Origin: Octopus sinensis
Taxonomy: Eukaryota
Length of the DNA stretch: 30,668 nucleotides
Assembly (NCBI RefSeq): GCF_006345805.1
Contig: NW_021832505.1
Location: forward strand, 1-30,668
Direction: 5' to 3'
Shown here: piece by piece, positions 10,173-21,770 of the stretch
Numbering within the stretch: the stretch's first letter is position 1
Layout of the letters: each line of letters begins with the position of its first letter
Translations under genes and position numbers: made by a program
Notes under the pieces: model-generated
Seen by the model: only the letters and a program-made list of their open reading frames with translations
Told to the model about the DNA's origin: nothing
The model's database searches: none

Positions 10173-11975
10173 TCAGGGCCAAACTTAGCACAACACTACG
10201 AACTGTCAATGGTCACCTGCAGTACAGTCAGTTGTATATTATTAATGCATCACAGAGTGGAAGCAAGTCAGAACTCCCAAAGTTCTTCTCAAAGAATGGA
10301 CGTCATGTGCAACAAGTAAATCCTTATGCTGAGTTATATGAGAACATGCACTTAATTGAACAACAAGAGATTGGAAGTGCCAGGAGTGAAAATTTACAAT
10401 TACGAAAGTGTGAAATACATTTCAAAAGAACGGGATATATAAGGCGCTACAATTTTTCCCCTAGCAATGAAATAACTGCACCCTGAAAACCCTAATTGCC
10501 ATGAGAGAGAAAATAATCTGCAGCGAAATAAGACTTTTGAAAACCGATATATCATTGGATTTCTGAAGGATATGGTGGACAGACATGTATTTGATGTAAG
10601 AGTAACTCATGTCCGTGTCATTGAGTTTCAAAAGAGAGGACTTCCACACTGCCATATGCTCGTAGACAAAGTGAAGATCAGAGATGATATAGACAGAATG
10701 GTACCAGCAGAAATCTCTGATTCAAATGATGACCCCGTCTTATATGATTTAAGTTTTAAAAATTCATGAGACTTGGACCTTGTGTTGTTTATAACCCCTC
10801 ATCGCAATACATGTGGAATGGCTCTTGCCAAACAAAGTTTCCCAAGAACAACAGAAATGAGACACTACTAAATATTAATGGATATGCAGAGTACAGGAGG
10901 CACAATAAAGGGATCACATCACAAGTTGGATGCCATTCTTTTAACAACTGGTATGTCGTTCCATACTATGCTTACCTATTAAAGAAATTCCGAGCTCATA
11001 TTAACGTTGAAGTTTGCTCATCTGTAAAAATGTCAAGTATATATGCAAGTATGTCTAAAACGGTCGTGATAGCGCTTCAGTTGAAGTAAGGAATGATGCA
11101 GTTGCAGAAGGTGGACAGACTCAGCAACCTCATGGTTAAATCAGAAATTATTTTGCGTGTTGATATGTTTCAGCTTCTAAAGCCTTATGGAGAATGTCTA
11201 TGTAGAAGCTGCATGACTCGTCCCACACTGTCTACAGTTTAGCAGTTCACTTTGAAGACCATCGGAGACTGAGCTTTCACAGAGGTAGCACTTAGCAACC
11301 TGCTCAAGAACAGAGAGATCGTGACAATACTCTCACTGCATGGTTCAAACTGAATGAGCACAATTAACGGAAGTACTTGTACCCTAACATTCCTATGCGT
11401 TATGTGTTTAATGAACGTACAAAAACCATGAACACTCAGGAGAAAATCAATACCATCGGCTGCAGAATGAACACAGTGATTCCTAAGGACGTAAAAAAAA
11501 TTCATTTACGATTGCTATTTCGGATGTTCCAGGTGCTAAGCGCTTTGAGAAGTGAGCAGTGTAGGAGGTGAAATTATGCAACATTTAAAGATGCGTACAT
11601 ATGAGTTGGTCTCCTCCAAAATGATGAGAGTTTGGAGCACACTATACTTGAAGCTACTGCATGTCGGATGCCATTTCAGTTGTGTATTACGTTTGCTGTC
11701 CTCTGCACCTATTCAAGTTCTTCCAATGTTCTTCGCCTGTGGAATACTGACAAGAATTCTATGATGGAAGATTATGCTCACCGAGGGCTGAATGCAGACT
11801 CTACACTTCATAAATTCTGTGTTAATTGAAAATGGCATTAGCTGGTTTAATATTAGCTTGCTTGAACCAATTGGAATGTAACGGGTTGAGCAGAAAGATG
11901 ACATGAAGCACCCACTCATTGCAACCCTTACCAACGAGAAGAAAGGGATCGCCGATGCAGTCATTAAAGACAGTT
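10173..11975 (+). mobile_element. Helitron RepHel continuation (HUH Rep domain and Rep-helicase linker), pseudogene with frameshifts and deletions
   Basis: QVNPYAELY; VIEFQKRGLPHCHML (Rep motif 2); GPC...CQTKFPK..NGYAEYRR (motif 3); NWYVVPYYAYLLKKFRAHINVEVCSSVK; YPNIPMRYVFN..IGCRM..LRLLF; ATFKDA..GLLQND..LEA..PFQL..LW..KNSMMED. The Pif1 helicase motifs are not seen. Confidence 0.92.
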
Positions 11976-12279
11976 GGTAAGAAAAGGTTGAGGTGAGATG
12001 CTGGAATCTTTCTATTTCTCTGCTGATTTTCCCGGAGGCTGTAACTTCATAAATTCCAATTCAATCCGTACACTTCTGTAAATTTCTTATTTACTTTTGC
12101 AACGTTTTGTGTTTTGTGTTTGTTGTTGTTGAAGGAATTACTGATAAATGTAAGTTCATAATTTACTGACAGGAGTAACTTCAAACATTTCACTTAAACC
12201 CGCGCACATAGTTAATTTCCTTAAAAATGTCTTATTTACCACATTTGTTTTCAAGTAACACTCTGTTTTAAATTTCCGG

Positions 12280-14739
12280 TTTCATAGGATTATGCTTCGT
12301 CATTCATACGTACCATCCTTGCTACATTCACCCATCTTTCTTAAAACATTCGCTAGACAAAACTTGCATCTCTGCTCTCACTTTGTTTTTCAAGTGATCC
12401 TTGAAGAGATGATACAAGAAGATGTTGAAAGATTGACCAGAGGGGAAAGCGTTTGTCTCCAATCCTTTCATACGCGTCCACCAGATACATTATTTCGCCA
12501 TATGATGAAAATAGCTCTTCCTTTCTGCTTGAAAGAAAGAGGCGTGACAATATTGACGATAGACTCGGCTGTTAAACCGACTCGTCCCACACATGACAGC
12601 AGTTGTTCGACATAAGCCCACAGTTCGGAAATGTTTGGACACTGCACGAGTGCGTGCAGAACGGTTTCGTCACTGTCCGCATCTCGGGCAGGTCGGCCCC
12701 GTATTCTTCGAGCTGTGTCTGTTGAGTTTATCCCGAAGGAGTAGCGCTTCTCGGTAGCACTGCCAGGTAAAGGATCTCTGGATGTTGTGAATGGGCCCTG
12801 GCCCGAAAGTCGTCTTGAACAGGCGGGTCAGATATTTCCGTCGACGTCCAGGTTCGCCCCGAGCTCGTTGTCGCACCTCCCCTCCACTAATCCCCTATAG
12901 AATGCTTGGGTTGTGTTGATGTCACTCATGGTCGACCCAGGACGGCATAATTGCTTGACAGCAACGGGACACTCGCGGTGCCATTCGCCCCTTCTCTGCC
13001 TCTTTTTGATCCACGGCTGCAGTTCGGTCATGGAGATGAGTTGCGGGGAAGCGTGCCTCACAAACGGCGACCACACCTGTTCACCGTCGTCTACGTAGAG
13101 CCTGAGATGTCGCAGTCTCAGCGCGTGTCTGCGCATCATAAAAAAAGGCATGGCCAGCCCTCCCCTTTAACGGTGTTGACAGCAAATGGATCGCATCGGG
13201 ACGCATCCTTTCCACATGACGCGAAAGAGAATGCGTTCTAGTTTGGTGATGGTAGGGTCGGGACAAGGCACGACGGTCAGGCGGTAGTAGATGACGTACG
13301 CGATGTACGAGTTCGCCACCTCCGCCCGACATTTTAGGGACAGTTTCTCTCAGCCCATTGCCGGGCGAGAGTGGCCACCCTGCTCATTATCTCGTTCCAC
13401 TTTTTCGCCATTTGGAGGTCTCGCCCAAACCAGAACCTGAGAAACTCGACCGGACCGTCGGTCCAGCGTCCCACAACGGAGGCGCTGGTGGACTGCATGG
13501 GCTTGCTTCTCCAGGTGCCGAGTCGCAAGCCCACTGATTTTTCCCGGTTGATTTTCGGTCCTGTCACCGCTACGTAGTCTTTCAGTGTCTCGCCGACATG
13601 CTCGATGTGCTCGTATGCCGACACGCTCGTCACGAATCCCAATTCTCGTGGGATGACCCTCATATTTGGCAGCTTCCGTAATAATGGCTCGAGAGTCAAT
13701 GCGTTCGGAAGCGACGAGAGGAGGCATCCGTAACGGACATAACGTGCAATGTCTAAAGGTCTATATAGAAGTCCATTTTCGCGAATTACCGTACGGATGC
13801 CTGTGTACAAAGCGGCTATCCAGCCGCGGAAGACGGGACCGAATCCAGCCGCTCTGAGGACAGCTTCCAAGTATCGATGGTCTACCCTATCGAAAGCTTT
13901 CGATTGATCCAAATTGATCTGCGCTCCACCCGTGCCAGATTCCTTAACTACCCTGTCTATGATGTAGCGCATCAGGTGGCGGTCGTCATGGATGCTCCGG
14001 CCCGGCACGGCGCACGTTTGCGCCTTGTCGACCAGTTTCTCGATGACAAGCGCCAACCTCTTGGCTAACACCTTGGCCAAAATTTTCAAGTCCTCCCATC
14101 AGCAAAGTAATGGGCCTAAAGTTATCTATAACATTCCCCTTGTTGAGATCTTTCTTCAGCAGTGTTACGGCTCCTCGGATCACAAAACCAGGAATGCTCT
14201 AGTTTTGCTGGCAGTTGCAGTACACCGCTGCCAAGACGTCTCCAAAAAGTCTGGAATACAACTGTAAAGCTCGTGGTGTAGACAAACAAAACCCATCGAT
14301 TTGTATCTCGAGCATTCTGCCATCGCGTCCTGCGCTTCCGCCGCCCTGATGGCACCTTCGCAGCGCCCTGCCTCTCTTGTCGAGAATCGTGGTAGGCTGT
14401 GTAGGTAGGTACCGAAGTCCACCCTAAGTTCTTGCCCGCCACTAGTCCCGAACAGTCGGCCAAAATGCTGTTGGAAGGCCTCACACGTTTTACTTGGCTC
14501 GAGCAATTCGCACCCCTGTTCATCTACCAGGGGTAGACGACTTTGTTGCTCCGTTGTGCCCCTGTTCATCTACCAGAGGTAGATGACTTTGTTGCTCTGT
14601 TGCGCTTCTGCCACCCGGGCTTCTCTCGCGGCTCTAACACCTTCGTTCCTTAGAGCACGCATCCTAGCTCTGACAACACACCCTTCGTGTTTGGCGTTGA
14701 AGTGTTGGTCGAGGGCCAACCTCGCCGCCAAATCGTCGG
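12280..14739 (-). mobile_element. L1/Tx1-clade LINE, 5'-truncated (RT and C-terminal CCHC), degraded
   Basis: IDNFRPITLL; KILAKVLAKRL...QTCAVPGRSIHD...NLDQSKAFDRVDHRYL..VL...GFGPVFRGWIAALY; GCLLS.L..ALTLEPLL; C-terminal CPRCGQ.DETV.HA..QC at ~12640-12700. The 3' boundary is uncertain. Confidence 0.88.
14513..14604. repeat. 46-bp tandem duplication inside the L1/Tx1 element
   Basis: cccctgttcatctaccaggggtagacgactttgttgctccgttgtg / cccctgttcatctaccagaggtagatgactttgttgctctgttgcg (4 mismatches). Confidence 0.9.
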
Positions 14740-15235
14740 ATAGATAGATAGATAGATAGAGCGAGAGAGACAGAGAGAACGTACATACATACAAACATAC
14801 ATACAAACATACTTATATATACATACATACTTAGATAAAAAGAATAAACTTAAAAATCGGTATGCCAATCACGTAGCCTCCTTCCGACATAAGGACACAA
14901 GCAAAGCTACTAAGTTCGCTACCTATTCTTTATTAACATTTTGCTATCTTTCCATCCCTTTAATTTAAGAGCTAAAAAGGATTACACTTTCACCTTTTCT
15001 ACTTTTTAATTTTTAGATTTTTGTGTTTTCATTTTCTTTTGTTTTAACTTTCTACATTTTCTATATGCTATATTCTCAGTTTTCTCAAGTTTCTTCTCTT
15101 ATTCATTTTTCTTTAGTTCGTAACGATATGTTGTTTGTGCCATGTGTATATGTTTGAGATATCCCTCAACATATGAAACTGAACTTAAAGTCAGGTACTG
15201 TGTCCATTAAATAAAAAAATAGTATATATATATTG

Positions 15236-15447
15236 TTGTTTGTTCATTCTCGAGCCATGCCTGGCTCATAAGGGACGGGGCACTGGACCTCTGCCGGTGA
15301 GCTGCTAGAAGTAGGAGGAAAGAGTGAGAGAATGTGGTGGAGCTGAGGTGTTCCGCTCATAATCAAACATCGCATAATCTGAGATTCGAAACCGCGATCC
15401 CTCGAGCGCGAGTCTGCTGCTCTAACCACTAGAACTTCTGCCTCCAT
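15236..15447 (-). mobile_element. tRNA-derived SINE (degenerate; same head family as 18141)
   Basis: Minus strand: tagtggttagagcagcagactcgcg..ggatcgcggtttcgaatc (Pol III A/B boxes), with a shared cacattctctcactctttc segment. Confidence 0.75.
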
Positions 15448-15724
15448 ATATATATACATATATACACGATGTTGGACCCGGCTTTACTCGTGTTTTCCGT
15501 GTAGAAGTTAAGCCCACCTCTGATCTTGTATCGAAATCTTCTACATTCTCTCTACCAACTGTTACCAATTAAGATGTTATATCTGATTCGGCAGGCATTT
15601 TACCCGCTTAACGCTTTCGACATACTCCTCCATACTGGGCGTCTGAAATAGCAGTGAAACGTTTGGGTGTACTTCGACACATTGAGAGTGATGTCTGTTT
15701 ATTTCTCCCCCCCCCTGAATGTCA

Positions 15725-16345
15725 TCGTTGTTACAAAATAAGCATAAGCAGTGTGTTCAATCTGAGTAAAATCTAAAGAAAAGTGGTAAGGTTATGTCAT
15801 AAAATAGAATCCATGTGACCATTTACATGAAAATATTCCATTGACATTTTAATCTCAATACGTTATATAAATAACCGACGTTTTATATATTATAATTTTA
15901 CACACTGGACAATTTTCTTCAAAATCAGTTCGTTATTTCATTGTGAATGATTTTGACGATTTCTGCCTTTCATCATTTTAATTTTAATGCTACTACATGA
16001 CTCAGGCCTTAAACTTTACCTAAAAGTCGAAGTTCATCAAAATCGGATGAATTGTGTAAAAGTTACAGCCTAAAATACTAATCCTATGTGTGATTGCATA
16101 CAATAAGCCGATTGATTTTTTAAAACGCAGTTATCGATTTTTTGTCAACTCTTAATCTGGTATCAACTAATGGACATGAACTGTAATCACGTGTAAAATT
16201 TCTACAAAATCGTTAATAATGTCTGTATGCACATTTATCTACACTTCATATTTCATTAAAATCGGATGAAAAATATGAAATTTACGGCCAAAAATAAAAC
16301 CCTGTGGGTATAGGTTTTTAAATTTTAGGAGTTATCTATTCCGTC
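15725..16345 (+). repeat. Dispersed non-coding repeat with recurring AAAATCGGAT motifs (DNA-transposon-like), copy 1
   Basis: Colinear similarity to 25815-26460, e.g. ggtaaggttat.tcataaaa.aga.tccatgtgaccatttaca.gaaaatat and gaaatttacggccaaaaa. Confidence 0.75.
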
Positions 16346-16349
16346 AAAA

Positions 16350-17790
16350 ATCCGGAATTGCTATGGGTACAAGGGCAGCACCAGTCATTGCGAACTTAAC
16401 AATGGGATACATGGAAATAATCATTTACCAGGAATCTCTATCAATCTTTGGAAACTCCCTCTCTCAATACATAAAACAGAATTGGAAACGATTCCTAGAC
16501 GATTGTTTCATTCTCTGGAATGAAAACATAGATAAACTCCTAAAATTTAAAAACTATTGAACAGCATAAACCCAAATATACAGTTCACAATGGAATACAA
16601 CCAAAAGGAGCTCCCGTTCTTGGATATACTAATTAAAAAAATTAACCTTAAAATAGAAACAGACATTTTTTACAAAACCACAGACGCCAAACAATACCTT
16701 CTTTTTAATTCATGCCACCCAAGACACACTAAAACAAACATCCCCTTCAACCTTGCAAGAAGGATATGCACAATAGTGCCAGAACAAAATACCAGGAACT
16801 TTAGACTGCAAGAACTCAAAAACACCCTAATTGACAGACATTACCCAGCTCAACTCATAGAGGATGGGATCAGACGTGCAAACAGAAATCAACATAGAAA
16901 CTTTAAGAAAAGTTCACACAACAACACACCTTCCCCGAAAATACTACCTTACATATCTACATACAACCCCAGAAACAAAGAAGCCTTCACCATCATCACC
17001 CAGAATTTACCAATACTTCATAAAAACCCAAAATTAAAGGAAATTCTAAACATACACCAAATCATTAAAAGCTACAAACAGCCTAAATCACTTAAAAAGA
17101 TTCTCACAAAAGGCAAATTGTCTTCTAAAATTACGGATGCAAAAGTAAAAAAAATGTGGTAGATCGAACTGTGCAACATGTCCTAACCTATTGGAAGGAT
17201 CAGAATTCTTCTTTAAAAGAGGACAGAAATTTAAGATCAAATCTAACTTTACTTGTGCCTCTGAAAACATAATTTATGTTATTAAATGCCCGGGCTGCCA
17301 CCAAGACTACGTGGGTTCCACGGGACTATCACTCAGGCGTAGATGCACACTGCATCGACAACAGATTGCATTCCCAGAATATAGAATGATACCTTTTAGT
17401 GAGCACATTGAGAAATGCGCAAAGCAACTACTGCCACAATTTTTAATCTTCCCATTTTACCAATGTGCTTTCGGATCATCAACACAAATGAGACTGAACA
17501 AGGAAACATTCTTCATTGAAAAGTACAAACCCAGACTCAACCACCCGAACATACTGACACAGAGAAATTAACAAGGAAAAGGGAAAACAAAATTTTAAGC
17601 GATTATCTCCCTTACACCGGAGAAATCACTCACTACACTCCCCTTATTTAGAAATCTCCTGGAAATAAAACAACGATAACTCCATGCATATAAACATAAC
17701 GTCACAAGAACCGTAATTTCTTTAAAACAAATTTTAAATTATGTCATTTTAAGGAAAGGAAAAAAAAATTTTCAATATTCTCCAGACATT
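16350..17790 (+). mobile_element. Penelope-like element (Neptune type): 5'-truncated RT plus GIY-YIG endonuclease
   Basis: GIAMGTRAAPVIANLTMGYME; WKRFLDDCFILW; NSINPNIQFTME..LPFLDI; YKTTDAKQYLLFNSCHPRHTKTNIPFNLARRI; linker KCGRSNCATCP; IYVIKCPGCHQDYVGSTGLSLRRRCTLH...ETFFIEKYKPRLN (stop 17571). Two frameshifts, at ~16555 and ~17150. Confidence 0.92.
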
Positions 17791-17849
17791 TTGACACAAA
17801 TAAGATATTTTTTAACATTTAAGCCTTCTGTCGTTACACTTTACTTTAA

Positions 17850-18569
<720 letters not shown>

Positions 18570-19090
18570 TCCTATGTAATACATACATATGTATGTATTA
18601 CAGGTTTGACGTATGGGGTTTCACATGTCACAGATAAATTCCTCTATTTACATAATACTGAGGTCCCATTCATTCTTTTGTTGGTATACCGCTGCTATTA
18701 ATATATATATGTATAGTAAGAGAAGGGATATAATATCAAAGCAGATAGCGAATGGCAAGGCTGGTCCCTTCAGATGGTAGGTTTACGCTGAATGTCCTTT
18801 AGGTCCCAACCGATGTAACAGTTTATTTTTTGGCAACGTAGATATACAGTCTAATTATGATAATAATGGGATTGAGTTTGTATATTCAAATTGTTAATTC
18901 TCTCTGTCTCTCTCTCACTCTTTCTTTCTTTCATTCTATCTTTCTTCTTTCTTCTCTCTTTCGCTTTCTCTCTCCTCTCTCTCTCTCTACATATATACTT
19001 ATAATTGAAGATATACTCATTAAATGTTATTTGTTATAAACATTATATATGTATATGTTAGGGTGTGTGTGTGTAAGTACATGTATATAT

Positions 19091-21770
19091 AAAGAAGAAT
19101 TGGATGCTCATATCAAGGAAACCTACAACGATCCGCCCGTAACCAGCCGCTGCCACCTCTACATGGGCTAAATCATCTCTCAGGACCTGATATCGAATTC
19201 CAGATTGGGGACATCAGGGAGAGAGGTGAATGACTTTGTAAGAAAAGCTAGAGCAGAGAGTGCCCCAGGAGGTGATGGCGTCTCATATAAAGCCTACAAA
19301 TACTGCAATCGTCTGCGAAAGAAGCTCTTCGTCCTACTCCGAAAACTGTAGCGCGAGGAGACTATAGTAGAGGATTGGTGTAAGGCAGGGGATTGGTGTA
19401 ATATACCTGGCGAAAGAGGCCAATACAAAGACCATAAAACAGTTAAGGCCGATATCCTTATTGAATGTGGAAGGCAAGATTTTTATGGGAATTCCGTCGA
19501 GGAGAACAGTGGCATATTTACAGAGTAACGGATATGTTGATGAATCTCTACAATAGGCCGGAATACCCGGGATCCCTGGATGCGTTGAACACTGTTTTTC
19601 GATTTGGAAAGCGATCCAGGACGCCAAACAGAACAAGAAAAGTCTGAACGTGGTAAGCCTCGACCTAGCTAACGCGTATGGTTCAGTGCCACACGAATTA
19701 CTAATAACAGCCATGGACCACTTCCATATTCCTGACAAAGTGATCAAAATAATGAGGATGTACTATGACAGTTTAGAGGTTGACATTGCTGCTGGCTGTA
19801 CAATATCTGTCACATTGTTTATCTTGGTTAGGAGTTGATTTTGAAAGGTGTAGATTTTCCGGAACAAATCGCCCATGTACAATCGCCTAAGAAAGAGTTC
19901 ATGGATGATGTGTCATTTCTAGCTACAGATAAACAAATCATGCAGAATGCCCTCTTGAGATTAGACGAACTTGTAAGGTGGTCAAGGATGCGATTTAGAG
20001 CCAAAAAGCCGCGTAGTCTGACATTTGTTAAAGGAGTGCAGAAAGAATTTAAGTTCCGGATATCTGAAGAAAGCATTCCAACAGTCAAGGAAGAGCCCGT
20101 CAAGAGCTTGGGACGAGTATACGCTGGAACCTTGTCAGACAGAAGTCATGGGATTGAAATTATGAAACAGGCCGAAGCTGGGTTATCAGCGATTGATAAT
20201 TCGAGGTTACCAGGTAAATATAAAATTTGGTGCTTGCAGTTCGGCTTGTACCCGCGACTTGCGTGGCCACTTTTAATATACGAAGTAGCATTGTCACGAG
20301 TTGAAAGCATTGAACAAAAATGTAATGTGTTCATTAGAAAGTGGCTAGGCCTACCTCGTATGTTGAACAACTCAGCTCTTTATCATAAAAGAGGTTGTTG
20401 CATCAATAGTCGAAATATATAAGCTGGGGAAGATACGGACGGTCATGATGCTGAGAGAATCGAAGGATATGAAAATCAGGCGTAACCCACCAGAGATGAA
20501 CACAGCCAGGAAGTGGAAAGCAGAAGCAGAAACTGACGACATTTTGTCTTCTCTTATACACAGAGATATGGTGGGAGCAACGCAGAATCATCGGAAAGGA
20601 CTTGGTTTTGGCGCAGATCAATTCAGACCGTTTGCAAGCATGATGCGGAGTGAACGCAGATCTGTTGTTAGCAACAGCGTCAAAACAAGAGAAGCAGAGA
20701 GAAGAGATCTTCATTTGATCCGATGTGTTCATCAAGGTCAGATGACGAGATGGGAAGAACATGCTGTTGAGAGGAAGATAAGTTGGGATGAGATGTGAAA
20801 GTGGACAACATCTCGGCTGAGTTTCCTGATTCGTTCAACTTATGATGTTTTGCCATCACCTACGAATCTAGTAAGATGGAACGTCTTAGAGAATGACATC
20901 TGCAAATGTGGAAAGGTCGGTACACTAAAACATATTTTTTCCAACTATTCATTAGCATTGAACAAGTATACATGGAGGCACAACTTGGTCCTTAAGGTTA
21001 TCTTCAATGTTATAAAGAACAAAATCCATCTCAACAACACTGAGGAAAAACCGTTGAAAGTACCATCAAGAGATTTCATTACCTTCGTGCGACCAGGACA
21101 GCGGATCCGTTTCAAGAAGAAGATCAAGAAACTTCCTGAGAAAAATGAAAAGTGGAACGGCTATTGGGAGGTAACTGCAGATTTACCTGGGTGCCAGGTT
21201 TTCTTTCCCATCCCAGTTTCGAAAAAAACAGATATTTTGATGTGGTGTGAAAGAAAGAAAGTTGTAAATATAGTCGAGCTAACGGTTCCTCATGAAGATA
21301 ATATGGACGCCGCTCGGGCTCGAAAATTGAGCCGTTATGAAAACCTCCTCGAGGAATGTGAAGACGCAGGCTGGAAAGTGGAACATTTTCCTATCGAAGT
21401 CGGATGTAGAGGGTTTGTTGGATACAGCGTGAGACGACTGTTGTTATCGCTAGGCCTAACTCATCGTAAAGTCAATACCACCATGACTGATATCCAATCT
21501 ACAGTGGAGAAGGCTAGCCAGTGGATTTGGTTAACAAGAGACGATGAGCGATGGCTAGAAGTATATTGAGTTTAACTTCATAACCAGCTGATCTAGCAAG
21601 CTGGGCCTCGTATCAGTGAGGGGGGCCGGTGCGCATTGATGCCGTCGAGAGTTAGGCCCCGAAACGGCGCGCATTCTCTCCTGATGACCCATACACTTGC
21701 TAGCTTCCGGTATACGGAGCTTTAAACTGGTAGCACTTGCATGTGCAAGTTGTTTGCAAGACATATATAT
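19091..21770 (+). mobile_element. HERO-type (RLE) non-LTR retrotransposon, 5'-truncated, degraded
   Basis: FVRKARAESAPGGDGVSYKAYK; RPISLLNVEGKIF; GIPGIPGCVEH; SLDLANAYGSVPH; GCTIS; FMDD; LPGKYKIWCLQFGLYPRLAWPLLIYEV; SPTNLVRW..CKCGKVGTLKHI..YTWRHN; RLE region DILMW..IVELTVPHE..ARARKLSRY..PIEVGCRGF. Stop at 21569, followed by a GC-richer 3' UTR. Confidence 0.88.

Noticed and set aside
12828-14267. Several overlapping 60-125 aa ORFs on both strands in a GC-rich block
   Set aside because: They are alternative frames and antisense shadows of the L1/Tx1 RT region.
14513-14604. Direct repeats superficially like a CRISPR array
   Set aside because: Only two adjacent units, no spacers, in a eukaryotic LINE context.
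21620-21700. GAAAC...CTGATGA in the HERO 3' UTR, resembling a type II hammerhead
   Set aside because: Stem II flanks do not pair (cccc vs ccca), and there is no stem III or NUH triplet.
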